DNA from: a virus
Reading direction: 5' to 3' (one strand)
DNA: 38,554 bases
UHGV virus genome: UHGV-0304649
Within the stretch, counting starts at the first letter, position 1. Each line of letters begins with the position of its first letter. The notes under the pieces are model-generated. The model did no database searches, was not told the DNA's origin, and worked only from the letters and a program-made list of their open reading frames with translations. A program made the position numbers and the translations under genes. Shown here in pieces: positions 8,834 to 18,332 of this stretch.

Positions 8834-9352
8834 TTATTCACCATCCACCTTCACAGCAAACGGCCAATAGCGCTCATCAACTGCTTTGATTTCTTGTTCT
8901 GTTAACATATCCACCTTTTCCTTACATGTCGTAAAATCAATTGCTCCCGCTAAATTTAAAAAAGTATATCCTGTGTTAGTCGCCCCTTTGTCTGGTAATA
9001 AAACGTGATATAAAGGTCCCTTCTCGACTTCGTAGCCGTCAAGCCATGCGTGAGCAAACAACTCATGATTTTCAAAAGTATCAAGCCAGTCTGATACTTC
9101 TTTAGCTTTTTCTATATGCATCGTATCTCTAAGCTTACTTGTTGCTGAGCAATACAGAGTGCACTCTAATCCTTTGCATAACTCAATCCATTCTGCCACG
9201 AACTTCGGAACAACGACTTTTTTCGGTTCGTCTAGTTGTTTTGCTAAGCTAATTGCTTTTTCGACAGCATAGTTAGCACCTTTCAAATAATCAAGGCTAT
9301 CTGTAGGAACTTCTAAGCATTCTAACTCTTCAATCAATTCTTGTTTATTCAT
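8834..9352 (-). CDS. hypothetical phage protein (DUF1642-like by recollection)
   Basis: 172 aa; family assignment from memory only. Confidence 0.45.
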   Translation of the reverse strand: MNKQELIEELECLEVPTDSLDYLKGANYAVEKAISLAKQLDEPKKVVVPKFVAEWIELCKGLECTLYCSATSKLRDTMHIEKAKEVSDWLDTFENHELFAHAWLDGYEVEKGPLYHVLLPDKGATNTGYTFLNLAGAIDFTTCKEKVDMLTEQEIKAVDERYWPFAVKVDGE

Positions 9353-9363
9353 CGCTGGTCCTC

Positions 9364-9642
9364 CTACAACAAACCGCTATCAATCAGCAATACTTCGCCA
9401 TTTGTTTCAAGATTTTCTAACTGATTAAAAGCTTCTTCTGCACCCAATTCTCCACCATCTTCAATACGACTTTTAGCAAGCATTTTGAACGCTTCGTATT
9501 TATCAATTGTTTTCATATCATCCAAAAACTCTTTTTCGTCCTCTACATCGCAAACAATATTCTTGTAAAGTTTTAAACATTGTTTTTCATCCTCAGCAAC
9601 GATTAATGCAAAATAAGGTTCTTTAATTTCGTAAAATTTCAT
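9364..9642 (-). CDS. hypothetical acidic protein
   Basis: 92 aa ORF in operon orientation. Confidence 0.45.
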   Translation of the reverse strand: MKFYEIKEPYFALIVAEDEKQCLKLYKNIVCDVEDEKEFLDDMKTIDKYEAFKMLAKSRIEDGGELGAEEAFNQLENLETNGEVLLIDSGLL

Positions 9643-10074
9643 TTATTTTACCTCCTGTTCAAAAGCCCACTGACTAAAAGCTTGTAAAACTTGCTTCAAT
9701 TCATCATCATTTAAATCACCATATGCATAGGCTACTTGCTTATACTTCATTTTTCCACCAGTAGTTAATAAAAATCCCATGATTTCGATAACTTCACGTA
9801 ATCCGTGTAATTTGCATGATTCTTTCAACCAATCCAGCACAATCTGCTGATTTTCGTTGAGTTCTGTAATACATATTATCGTTTTTAGCTCTCTTAACTC
9901 GTCCTCTGCTTCATAAGCCAATTTATCTGATTCCCAATAATTATGCCAAATACTTAATACTTCGTTTTTATCTACTAGTTCTTGTTTACTCATTCTTAGC
10001 TTTCTCTCCTTCTTCAAAATAATCCACAAGTAACTCTCTAATGGTTTCTTCTGACAGACAAATATTTTCAGCAT
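9643..10074 (-). CDS. hypothetical protein (probable start at internal MSKQEL)
   Basis: 143 aa ORF. Confidence 0.45.
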   Translation of the reverse strand: MLKIFVCQKKPLESYLWIILKKERKLRMSKQELVDKNEVLSIWHNYWESDKLAYEAEDELRELKTIICITELNENQQIVLDWLKESCKLHGLREVIEIMGFLLTTGGKMKYKQVAYAYGDLNDDELKQVLQAFSQWAFEQEVK

Positions 10075-10085
10075 TATAATAATCG

Positions 10086-10298
10086 CTAAACTTGAAACCC
10101 ATTTTTTACCTCCCTGTCATCATCAATAACAAACGCATTGCCTACACTATTCTCTAACAGTCTTCTCATCTGTTCAGCTTCTTCACTAGTAAATGCTTTT
10201 GCATCCTCTTTAGGTCCAAAACTGCAATAATTTCCAACAAATTTTTTTACATAGTTTTTATTTTCTTCTTTTCCAGTTAAAACATAGATTAATTTCAT
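10086..10298 (-). CDS. hypothetical small protein
   Basis: 70 aa ORF. Confidence 0.45.
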   Translation of the reverse strand: MKLIYVLTGKEENKNYVKKFVGNYCSFGPKEDAKAFTSEEAEQMRRLLENSVGNAFVIDDDREVKNGFQV

Positions 10299-10600
10299 AA
10301 TTAGCCTCCGCTGTTGCCTTTTTATTACATAAAATCAGTTTAGGCGTTTTCTTGCTATTTTTCCCTGCAGCTCTGCTTCTATGGTTTAGCCTTCCAGCCA
10401 TAAAGAAACGTAAAACAGACAAAAACACGCACTGATTTTGCACTTTGCCTTCTTGGATCCACTTCTAAAATAATGACAGCTGTTCTGGTTCAGTAAATGA
10501 ACTGCTTGTTTTATTTTCCAGAAGTTCCATTGCTTCTTTTAGTATTTCTAATGTGTTTTGCGTTTCTTTTTCTTTTGGTAACTATTCATCATTTCAAAGG

Positions 10601-10618
10601 AGTAAAGAATTCTTTACT
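10601..10618. promoter_or_regulatory. perfect 18 bp palindrome AGTAAAGAATTCTTTACT in a 340 bp intergenic gap; candidate operator
   Basis: read directly; self-complementary around GAATTC. Confidence 0.3.
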
Positions 10619-10642
10619 GTGGCCACAAACTCCACTCCTTTC

Positions 10643-10849
10643 TCACAAATTCACTGGCTCTTTTTTATAACCAGCATCAATCAAAATACTTTCAATTACA
10701 TAAAGATCCGTTTTCTGCTTCAAGCTAGCTTTAAATTTTTTGGCAATATTTCTAGCTGTTTCTAAAGAAACGACCTCATATTTTCTAGCCAATGCATCCG
10801 CAATAATAGCGGATGTTGGCGTGTAATAAATCTCAAGCAAAATGAACAC
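10643..10849 (-). CDS. hypothetical small protein
   Basis: 68 aa ORF. Confidence 0.45.
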   Translation of the reverse strand: MFILLEIYYTPTSAIIADALARKYEVVSLETARNIAKKFKASLKQKTDLYVIESILIDAGYKKEPVNL

Positions 10850-10868
10850 TCACTTTCATTTCATAAAT

Positions 10869-11198
10869 CTAATTTAAATGTTCAGCTTTGTATTCCCAGA
10901 ATTTGTTTCTAGGCATTCCTAACGCTTCTATGATTGCATTCACTGAATAACCAATCCACTGCAAATACAAATATTCTTGAATGGTGAACTTGTCTTTATC
11001 AATTGAGTTGATTGGTTTAGATTTATCCATTGTTTGCTCACCAATCTCCTTACCAAGCATTTTAATTTGACGATAGACCATGCTTTTTGGATGTATATAC
11101 CAGTCTGGGTTTTCATTCATTAACTTAAGCATTTCTTTTCGCTTTTGCTTTTTTTCAGCTTGAATACGTGCTATATCTTCAAAAATTACACTTTTCAT
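10869..11198 (-). CDS. hypothetical protein with possible C-terminal HTH
   Basis: 109 aa; C-terminal segment QEYLYLQWIGYSVNAIIEALGMPRNKFWEY resembles a DNA-binding helix pair. Confidence 0.4.
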   Translation of the reverse strand: MKSVIFEDIARIQAEKKQKRKEMLKLMNENPDWYIHPKSMVYRQIKMLGKEIGEQTMDKSKPINSIDKDKFTIQEYLYLQWIGYSVNAIIEALGMPRNKFWEYKAEHLN

Positions 11199-11210
11199 TT
11201 CGTTAACCTC

Positions 11211-11738
11211 CTAGAACGGCAGATCATCATCGCTAATGTCGATTGAATTACCTGCACCTGCGAACGGATCTACATCTCCACCAAACGATATTTGTTGGCT
11301 GTTATTTTGCTGATTTAAGCCTTTGTTTTGATTCACAGCATAATTACTCTCGAAATTATTTTGAACGCCTGTAACGCTATTCTGTGAACTCTGAATGCTA
11401 TTTCTATTCTCATTGGCGCTTTTTGCCTCTAATAATTGGAAACTCTCGCAAACAACTTCAGTCACATAGACACGTTGGCCTTGTTGGTTGTCATAATTAC
11501 GAGTTTGAATTCTGCCAACAACTCCTAATAATGTTCCTTTACGAGCATAATTAGCCATTGTTTCAGCAGGCTTACGCCAAATTACACAGTTGATAAAATC
11601 CGCTTCTCGTTCGCCGTTTTGGTTTGTAAAGTTACGGTTCACAGCAAGAGTAAAGCTTCCAACTGCAGAACCACTTGCGGTGTAGCGTAAATCAGGATCT
11701 TTTGTCAATCTTCCGACTAATACCACATTATTTATCAT
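11211..11738 (-). CDS. ssb: single-stranded DNA-binding protein
   Basis: N-terminal OB-fold motifs [16 protein letters not shown], glycine/glutamine-rich linker, acidic tail DDDLPF. Confidence 0.9.
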   Translation of the reverse strand: MINNVVLVGRLTKDPDLRYTASGSAVGSFTLAVNRNFTNQNGEREADFINCVIWRKPAETMANYARKGTLLGVVGRIQTRNYDNQQGQRVYVTEVVCESFQLLEAKSANENRNSIQSSQNSVTGVQNNFESNYAVNQNKGLNQQNNSQQISFGGDVDPFAGAGNSIDISDDDLPF

Positions 11739-12039
11739 TCAAATCACTCTCCTTAACGAACACACCATTGACATTTTTTCCCTTACGATCTTTAATCTCG
11801 TTATACGCTTGGTTCAGACATTCGTATAAATCCATATCATTTTGAATAGCGAGAATAACTAGTGTCACAACAACATCACCGATACCATCCCTTAAATCAT
11901 TTTTATTATTTCTTGCTAATGCTGCTGCGACTTCTCCGACTTCTTCAACCACTTTTAGCATTTGTTTCTCAGGCTCTGCGATATCTAGATTTTTTTCTCT
12001 TGCCCATTTCTCAATTAATTTAACTAATTCATTCATCAT
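11728..12039 (-). CDS. MazG-like nucleotide pyrophosphohydrolase
   Basis: 103 aa, all-helical, EEVGEV motif of MazG/HisE superfamily. Confidence 0.7.
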   Translation of the reverse strand: MMNELVKLIEKWAREKNLDIAEPEKQMLKVVEEVGEVAAALARNNKNDLRDGIGDVVVTLVILAIQNDMDLYECLNQAYNEIKDRKGKNVNGVFVKESDLNDK

Positions 12040-12902
12040 TTACCCTCCAAGTATTCTTTTATTTGTCTATCAAGCTCAGCTTGTTCCTCTGACGAAAGTT
12101 TCTCTTCTTCTTGCTTCTGATTGTTAGCCCACTCAGGTAACTTTTCTTGTCTCATTGGCACCTTAGAATAGGCTGGCAGTTTATTTGTTTGAGATAAATC
12201 ATATTCATCGTTATAACGATCATCACGTATCCAACGAAACAATTCTTGTGGATGGTACCAATCGTTTAATTTAATATACGCAAGATAGTTCTTATATCCT
12301 TTTTTAAACGGCTCTAAATCTTCTTCCGTCTTGAACTTCTTTAAAAATTGTTCTCTAGCTTTTTTCTTGTTGGTTTTCTTTGGATAGGTTTTCCAAACTT
12401 TTTCGAATAGTTCAGACATAGTTGAGCTTGGCTCAACACTATTCTTTTTTTTATCCTTAACTAACCTATCCTTACCTAACCTAACCTGTGTATCCATTTG
12501 GTATCCCATACGGTTGTCATCTGGTATACCAAGACGGTTTTCACTCTCTACAACCTCTGTTTTAAAGGTATATGCCTTACTATTTTTCTCAGCTAATTCA
12601 GCCTTTTCTTCTTGATATAGAGTTGGTTTGTATCGATCATTTCGAATATAGTTATGAATTTTCCAATGCTTGATAACAATAACTCCGCTATCAAAAACTA
12701 AAATGAATCTTTTGGCCATTAATAGCTTTAAATCATCATCTCCACATCCAACCATTCGTTGAATTTTCTTAGGATTATTAATAAATCCATCATCATCCGC
12801 TCGCATTGACAAATGAAAATAAAGAGATTGAGTTGACAGCGGCATGTCTAAAAATGCATCGCTATCAATGATGGTCTTTGCAAACATTCTTCTTTCAGCC
12901 AA
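12036..12902 (-). CDS. phage replisome organizer / replication initiation protein
   Basis: N-terminus MAERRMFAK..IIDSD.F..LYFHL..ADDDGF matches phage replisome-organizer N-terminal domain. Confidence 0.75.
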   Translation of the reverse strand: MAERRMFAKTIIDSDAFLDMPLSTQSLYFHLSMRADDDGFINNPKKIQRMVGCGDDDLKLLMAKRFILVFDSGVIVIKHWKIHNYIRNDRYKPTLYQEEKAELAEKNSKAYTFKTEVVESENRLGIPDDNRMGYQMDTQVRLGKDRLVKDKKKNSVEPSSTMSELFEKVWKTYPKKTNKKKAREQFLKKFKTEEDLEPFKKGYKNYLAYIKLNDWYHPQELFRWIRDDRYNDEYDLSQTNKLPAYSKVPMRQEKLPEWANNQKQEEEKLSSEEQAELDRQIKEYLEGK

Positions 12903-12906
12903 TTAT

Positions 12907-13392
12907 CTAACCTCCTATAGTTGAAAACGGCACTTCCCAAAAATAGTCATCGTATTTTTTCACAATATTTTTAGTTGTTTCCCCTTCTATAATTTCAACT
13001 TCTTGTGTGAACTCCATCCCCTGTTCAAAAACAAAAATTTTAATATCAATATTATATTTTTTTGAAATACCTTCAAAATCTTCTTCGATAACACCCCAAG
13101 CCTGTTTAAAATCTAATATCTCTGCTAACGCTTCATCACGTTCTTCGTGCCATACTTCTATCTCTTTTCTATCTATGAAAGCACGTCTGGTATTATTGAT
13201 GTAGAATTCGTTCTCACTGTACAATGTGGTTGAATAATCATCTTCAGAAATTTCAACCTTTTGCGGAACTGTGACTGGTCCATCTTCAGTCATTTTAAAA
13301 TTAGGTGAAGCAATTATCCCCTCTTTCAAAAATCTGATTACATTCTCTTTTTTTCCTCTAATTTTAAGTGTTCCCTCTGCCCAGTTTGGCAT
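12907..13392 (-). CDS. hypothetical replication-module protein
   Basis: 161 aa ORF. Confidence 0.45.
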   Translation of the reverse strand: MPNWAEGTLKIRGKKENVIRFLKEGIIASPNFKMTEDGPVTVPQKVEISEDDYSTTLYSENEFYINNTRRAFIDRKEIEVWHEERDEALAEILDFKQAWGVIEEDFEGISKKYNIDIKIFVFEQGMEFTQEVEIIEGETTKNIVKKYDDYFWEVPFSTIGG

Positions 13393-13397
13393 TTAAA

Positions 13398-14039
13398 TCA
13401 TCCTCCTATGTTCAGTTTCTTACGTTCTTCGATGTTTAATTTCACCGGTTTAATTTGATACTTATTCAAGAAGTTCTTAGTGCCTATTTGGTGTTCCTCT
13501 TGATGGTGCTGACGACATCCTGCATAAAATGTGAATGTCTCATGATTAATCTTTTTACGATTACGCCCCATACCAACAACTTCAATATGGCAAACGTCAG
13601 CATGCTTACCGCAAATACAGCACTTACGATATTTCAGACAGTAATAAAACCATTTGTTATTTTCAAGCAAGTATTGGTATCTTTTTTCCAGTGGTATATC
13701 GTTTTTCAAAATGAACTCAATCAAGAAACCGATCCACTCAGTCGCTTCATTCTTGGTAGCTCTACTATGTTCAAAATAAACACCACTCTTAGCCTCGTAG
13801 TAGTATTTCAAGACACTTTCAATCCATTTAGGTTCGTCATAGCTCCAACGTGCTACATCGGCTATTAGAACGTGAGAAAGTGCATTCTGTTTTTGAGACA
13901 TCTGTCGATTATCTAAGAATTCAACTTTCGCTAAATTATCATCGTTATTAGCCAGAAGTTCGAGAAAATTTGAATTTATTTCATCCTCAAATTCGATGGC
14001 CAACATATTCCCTTTATGTTTTATGATTTTCCCAATCAT
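13398..14039 (-). CDS. Zn-finger protein, HNH-like / DUF968-like
   Basis: C-terminal CCICG..H..C..HH..EH cluster; family name from memory. Confidence 0.4.
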   Translation of the reverse strand: MIGKIIKHKGNMLAIEFEDEINSNFLELLANNDDNLAKVEFLDNRQMSQKQNALSHVLIADVARWSYDEPKWIESVLKYYYEAKSGVYFEHSRATKNEATEWIGFLIEFILKNDIPLEKRYQYLLENNKWFYYCLKYRKCCICGKHADVCHIEVVGMGRNRKKINHETFTFYAGCRQHHQEEHQIGTKNFLNKYQIKPVKLNIEERKKLNIGG

Positions 14040-14043
14040 TCAA

Positions 14044-15060
14044 TCACTTCTTTTCAAAATCATTTGCAATCGGAGGATTTGCCTCGTCAAATAATTCTGT
14101 TTGTTCTTCATCGAGTTCGTTTTCACTTTGTTGTTCCACAGTAGGAACTTCAATCTTTTCTAACATTTCTTTCATACGCTCAAGAACTTTAGTTTTTACG
14201 TTTTTTAAAGGTACGTTGTTAATCTTGCTGTGCAACTCTTTAAACATATTTTCATGATTTTCAGATTGTGTAGCAAGTTCTGTAATACTACTAATTAATT
14301 CATCTTTTAATTTTTCTAAATCTATTCCTTCGCTACTCCATTCATATATTTTTTCGCCTACTTCTTTTGTTATTTTAAAAGGCATATTAAACATATTTGA
14401 GTTATCTTTTGTAGCTTCCGCTATGTGGTCCTGATCAATACGTAAAGCGATAGCAAATTCATATTCCAAACTATCTTTTTGATCAGGTTTCAACCCTAGT
14501 TTTACTACTTGTGTTTTACCTTGTTCATTTTTTTCCATGTCGTAGGCTTGCTTACTTCTAGACGTTCCAATCACATACATTGAATTTCCTGTTACTAACT
14601 TAAGAAATTCTTTCTCTAATGGTTTTACTTTATTCCAAGCCAACATTTGATTTTTAGAGTTGCCTCTCTGATGGTTTTCTACTTGTTCTAAAATGCCACC
14701 TTCACCACTCCAAGCATGCGTTAGAGAATCGACTATAACCACTTCAACCCCAGCTTGTTTGAATAAATTAAAAGCCTGTATATATCGCTGTACAGTAAAT
14801 GGTGCTTCAAAATCAATATGCAAAAATTCCCCTATGTCGACATTTCCAATGGTTGAATCAGCATATAACAACGATCGTTTGTGCTCAGTGTCAATGACAC
14901 CTATTTTTTCCCATTGTTCTTGTTCTGATAAGTCTGAATGCATTTTTTCAATAATTCCTTTAGCAATAAACAACGCACTTACTGTTTTTCCACTACCACT
15001 TGCGCCAGTTATCATGATAGGAACTTTTATTTTTTCGCGTTTAGCCTTTTTTATTTCCAT
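14044..15060 (-). CDS. Sak4-like RecA-fold ATPase (AAA_24 family) recombination protein
   Basis: Walker A GASGSGKT; follows Gp157, the usual pairing. Confidence 0.7.
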   Translation of the reverse strand: MEIKKAKREKIKVPIMITGASGSGKTVSALFIAKGIIEKMHSDLSEQEQWEKIGVIDTEHKRSLLYADSTIGNVDIGEFLHIDFEAPFTVQRYIQAFNLFKQAGVEVVIVDSLTHAWSGEGGILEQVENHQRGNSKNQMLAWNKVKPLEKEFLKLVTGNSMYVIGTSRSKQAYDMEKNEQGKTQVVKLGLKPDQKDSLEYEFAIALRIDQDHIAEATKDNSNMFNMPFKITKEVGEKIYEWSSEGIDLEKLKDELISSITELATQSENHENMFKELHSKINNVPLKNVKTKVLERMKEMLEKIEVPTVEQQSENELDEEQTELFDEANPPIANDFEKK

Positions 15061-15071
15061 ATTGAAACCTC

Positions 15072-15572
15072 CTATCTAATTCTCAAACTCTTAGTTTGAA
15101 CTAATTCTGCACCTTTGATTTCCCCATGTTTCAGTTCTTCTTTCAAAGCTGTTTTATCAACTTTGGGAGGTTGAGGAATTAAAAAGCCAATAGGAATTAA
15201 TTTTTCGTCTATAATATTCACAGAAACTGGATTGTTTTGAATTCCTACATTGAATAATTCGCCCTTGATTTTCGTTTTGCCGACCTTTTCCATTTCATCT
15301 TGCAGATATCCTTTTAGGTTCTTTACATTGTTAGAAAGCGTTGTTTTTCGTGACTGTAGCCGTTTGATTTCTTTTTCAACAATAGATATGTTGCTCTCAA
15401 GTTCTTTAACTACTTTTGCTGTGTTTTCTACTTTTAAATCGATTGAATCGCTAATACTATCTAACGTATCTTTTAATGTTCCATCATCAAGCTCTTCAGC
15501 TAATGACAAAACTTTTAAATAATCGTTGCTAAGTTCATAAAGTGTTGCCACGGCTATCTTCCTCCTCGTCAT
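15072..15572 (-). CDS. Siphovirus Gp157-family protein
   Basis: 166 aa, coiled-coil; the first gene of the Gp157-Sak4-SSB recombination module (next gene is Sak4, SSB follows further downstream). Confidence 0.6.
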   Translation of the reverse strand: MTRRKIAVATLYELSNDYLKVLSLAEELDDGTLKDTLDSISDSIDLKVENTAKVVKELESNISIVEKEIKRLQSRKTTLSNNVKNLKGYLQDEMEKVGKTKIKGELFNVGIQNNPVSVNIIDEKLIPIGFLIPQPPKVDKTALKEELKHGEIKGAELVQTKSLRIR

Positions 15573-15656
15573 ATTCCCATTCTGGTTCGATTTTCTGTAA
15601 TTCTTCTGACGGCTCTGTTAAAAATTGATCTAGCGCATCTGCTTCACTACGATTCA

Positions 15657-15685
15657 TTCACAAGACCTCGTTTCTGTGATATAAT
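15657..15685 (+). promoter_or_regulatory. strong sigma70-like promoter on plus strand (-35 TTCACA, 17 nt, TGaTATAAT)
   Basis: ttcaca 15657-62; tataat 15680-85 with TG at -15/-14. Confidence 0.4.
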
Positions 15686-15706
15686 TTTCTTAGTATATTT
15701 TTGTAT

Positions 15707-15741
15707 GCGACTTATTGCTTGCCGGCTTAAGTCGCTTTTTT
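15707..15741 (+). terminator. rho-independent terminator, plus orientation (GCGACTTA...TAAGTCGC + T6)
   Basis: perfect 8 bp stem, 12 nt loop, tttttt. Confidence 0.55.
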
Positions 15742-16040
15742 GTCGTCATACAACACCTCTGCGCTCTTTTTGTTGTGCAATGTATATTTTATTTTTTTGT
15801 TGCTGGTACCATAAATCAGCAAGTTTTTTCGTTTGCTGTAATTTTTCTTTCCTTGTCATTTATTTACCTCTCTATCTTCAAGTGCCAGATCATAAAACAG
15901 TGTCCAAATGATGAATAAGCCGATATATACATTTTGGATAATCGGATTAAAATTTCCGCCTACTATCAACCCCAATCCGAAAACGATTAGCAACACTGCA
16001 ATTCTTCTTAAGTTATAAATTTTTCTCATTTCATTTCTCC

Positions 16041-16226
16041 TTAAATATGCATTCTATTTTGAATCTCTAAGTATCTTAAAAATTCGAGTTCTTTTTCAAT
16101 TTGATATGCTTTTCCTTCGGTCAGTTGTTCTGATTGTCTAAGCGCTGCTCTATCGTCTTGTAGCTGTTTACGCTCTTTTTTGATTTGGTTGAGTATCCAA
16201 CTTTCTTGTTCAGTTGTATAAGCCAT
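16041..16226 (-). CDS. hypothetical small coiled-coil protein
   Basis: 61 aa ORF. Confidence 0.4.
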   Translation of the reverse strand: MAYTTEQESWILNQIKKERKQLQDDRAALRQSEQLTEGKAYQIEKELEFLRYLEIQNRMHI

Positions 16227-16236
16227 AATATTCTCC

Positions 16237-16947
16237 CTACGCTATGTCGTTTAAGTCTAAACTCATTTGTCTTACAACTGTTTTTGTTGCTGTCGACGGC
16301 TCCCAGTCGTTAATATATTCAATCACGATTGGATAATGTTTTTCTCTTAATTGTGATCGAGTACCCACGCCTGTGATTTGCTTAATACCTGAATTAATAT
16401 CTTTGTATAGCTTGCCACGCTGTTCCTTTGTGATTTTTCCAAATCCTCTTGCTACTTCTGCTACTCGTTGATGAACTCGACGTGATAAGTAGCCATAATC
16501 ATCTGCACCGATTTTTTGATTGTCTTTTAAGTCGGCTACTTCTTTTTCAATTACATCTACACGCTCATTTGTTTCTTCATTTGCTGATAAAGCAAGCATC
16601 GCCAATTCTCTTTGAGAGGTTGGAAGTTTAGGCTGTTGAATTTCTTTTTCCATTTGATTAAAAGCTTCAATATATTTCAATTTAAATTGCAAAGCTTTTT
16701 GACCTGTGAATCCCATTGCCAGTAATGTAAATCCATCTCGGTTCATAATTACTTGGCGATAGGATTGTTTGTTTTGTGGATGAATATAGGTATCTTCGTA
16801 AAATAGGTGTGCCGAATTTTCGGCTACCCCTTGTTTCAATTCGTCAATCGCTTCCAAAACATGCTTATGTTGTTTTTCAAATACTTCTGCAACTTGTAAA
16901 CTACTTGTTACTGCTTCTTGGTCTTTCATAATTACTAAATTATTCAT
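16237..16947 (-). CDS. Rha-family phage regulatory protein / antirepressor
   Basis: N-terminus KDQEAVTSSLQVAEVFEKQHKHVLEAID matches the Rha (ORF6N-like) signature. Confidence 0.7.
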   Translation of the reverse strand: MNNLVIMKDQEAVTSSLQVAEVFEKQHKHVLEAIDELKQGVAENSAHLFYEDTYIHPQNKQSYRQVIMNRDGFTLLAMGFTGQKALQFKLKYIEAFNQMEKEIQQPKLPTSQRELAMLALSANEETNERVDVIEKEVADLKDNQKIGADDYGYLSRRVHQRVAEVARGFGKITKEQRGKLYKDINSGIKQITGVGTRSQLREKHYPIVIEYINDWEPSTATKTVVRQMSLDLNDIA

Positions 16948-17028
16948 TCGCTTTATTTCCTTTCTGGTATAATTTTCTTATCAGCAAGTGGTCTGCTGAA
17001 ATAATTTATGATTGGTGGTGAAAATATT

Positions 17029-17217
17029 ATGGGTATTAAGATAAATGGTATGGATAACTTAAGAAAAAAATTAAATGATCCTGCTACACTTGCAAAAAAA
17101 GCAATGGATAGTAAGGGTGGCCATCCTATAAAGTGTCCTAATTGCGGAAAAACAATCAAAGTAACATCAAATGGTGCTAAGTGTACTTGTGGACAGAAAA
17201 TAGAACTTAATTTTTAA
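17029..17217 (+). CDS. small Zn-ribbon protein (CPNCG...CTCG), divergent from Rha
   Basis: Extended -10 TGgTATAAT at 16965-73, RBS GGTGGTGA 7 nt before the ATG at 17029. The track ORF starts earlier at 17008, with no RBS. Confidence 0.45.
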   Translation: MGIKINGMDNLRKKLNDPATLAKKAMDSKGGHPIKCPNCGKTIKVTSNGAKCTCGQKIELNF

Positions 17218-17371
17218 GGTCTACATCAAATTCAACTGAAGCCAATTCGTCTGCCAACGTTTTGGCTTCTTTTATTAATCCAATTAATCTTTCTGCTTTT
17301 TTTGTAGCTTCTTCAATTCCTTTAACTTCCACATTAATTTGTAATGACTGTTCCTTCTGCATTTTTTTCAT
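17207..17371 (-). CDS. 54 aa hypothetical protein (not in ORF track), ATGA-coupled to upstream gene
   Basis: ATG 17371-17369 overlaps TGA of 17368..17574; RBS GGAGATGA; 3' end overlaps the plus-strand Zn-ribbon gene by 11 nt. Confidence 0.4.
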   Translation of the reverse strand: MKKMQKEQSLQINVEVKGIEEATKKAERLIGLIKEAKTLADELASVEFDVDLKN

Positions 17372-17574
17372 CTCCCATTCTGATTTTGTTTCACTCCTGA
17401 TAAAATTTTCTCAATTTTCTCTTGACGAGTAGTTATTCTCCTAGCTAATTCTTCCGATATTTTATTAATGCCACATTGCGGGTTTACATTAATATTTTTT
17501 GGATCCTTGCTACTCTCAATAGCTTGGAGCATTTTTGCTATCTCTTCTGGTGTTCCTTCGATTGTTATTTTCAT
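17368..17574 (-). CDS. hypothetical early protein
   Basis: 68 aa ORF. Confidence 0.45.
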   Translation of the reverse strand: MKITIEGTPEEIAKMLQAIESSKDPKNINVNPQCGINKISEELARRITTRQEKIEKILSGVKQNQNGR

Positions 17575-17612
17575 GTTCTCACTCCTTATTTAAAATTTCG
17601 CTTGCCCAAGAT

Positions 17613-17993
17613 TTATCTTTTTTGTGATAGAAGCCATCTGCGACACTCTTCTTTGTCGTAGAACTTCCCTTGTTTACTTACTGATCCATGCGGAAGACCT
17701 AGCTTCTCCCATTCCCTTATTGTTGTAGTGGATACATCGAAATATTTTGCAATCTCTGTTTGATTTAAAACTCGCTTATCAATTGAGGTATCTCTTCGTG
17801 CTTTTTCTATTTCATCAACAATAATTCCATGTACAAAATCCCTTAGAGAAGCTTCATTTTCTGGAGTTAAAATCACTTCCATTTTTATACCCCCTTCTAA
17901 TCTCCTTTTGTTTTTAAAAGTTCTTCCATGCCAACACCTAAGTAATCTGCAACTTTTTTTAAATTTTTTGCAGATGGCATCGACTTGTTCCAT
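17613..17993 (-). CDS. MerR/excisionase-like HTH DNA-binding protein (probable start at internal MEVILTP)
   Basis: HTH segment LNQTEIAKYFDVSTTTIREWEKLGL. Confidence 0.5.
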   Translation of the reverse strand: MEQVDAICKKFKKSCRLLRCWHGRTFKNKRRLEGGIKMEVILTPENEASLRDFVHGIIVDEIEKARRDTSIDKRVLNQTEIAKYFDVSTTTIREWEKLGLPHGSVSKQGKFYDKEECRRWLLSQKR

Positions 17994-18091
17994 TTAGAAA
18001 TAGTTCCATTAGAAAACTCTAAATCACGTTCGATTTTGTAGATAGATAAAGCTTTTTCTTCAGAAATACATTTGATGCGTTCATAAAGCAA
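17897..18091 (-). CDS. cro: Cro-like XRE-family HTH repressor
   Basis: 64 aa, divergent from the cI-like gene; TTG start with GGAGG RBS 8 nt upstream. Confidence 0.7.
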   Translation of the reverse strand: MLYERIKCISEEKALSIYKIERDLEFSNGTISKWNKSMPSAKNLKKVADYLGVGMEELLKTKGD

Positions 18092-18332
18092 TTTTCACAC
18101 CTCCTAGAAATGAATAATATTTTTTGTTTCTGGGGTATTGACTTATAATAGAAAACATTCTATTATAAGTGCATAGAAAATAATCTAAAAACAATATTGT
18201 CCTTAGTCTTTTTATTCTATGTTATACCATCCAGAAATGTGAGAGTTTCTTGTACTTCCTGAGTACATGTGTATAATATCATAGAATTATTTCTAATGTC
18301 AATAACTTTAATAGAAAAAATTCGGAGGTATT
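18092..18332. promoter_or_regulatory. genetic switch region: divergent promoters and four ATAGAAAA/TTCTAT operator-like repeats
   Basis: Repeats at about 18147-18164 (inverted pair), 18173-80, 18213-20, 18311-18. Plus-strand promoter candidates TTGACT-17-TATTAT and TTGTAC-18-TATAAT. Confidence 0.5.

Noticed and set aside
10258-10443. 61 aa basic ORF, and 16953..17159 and 20242..20424 ORFs
   Set aside because: No RBS, low-complexity or purely hydrophobic translations, and they overlap better-supported features.
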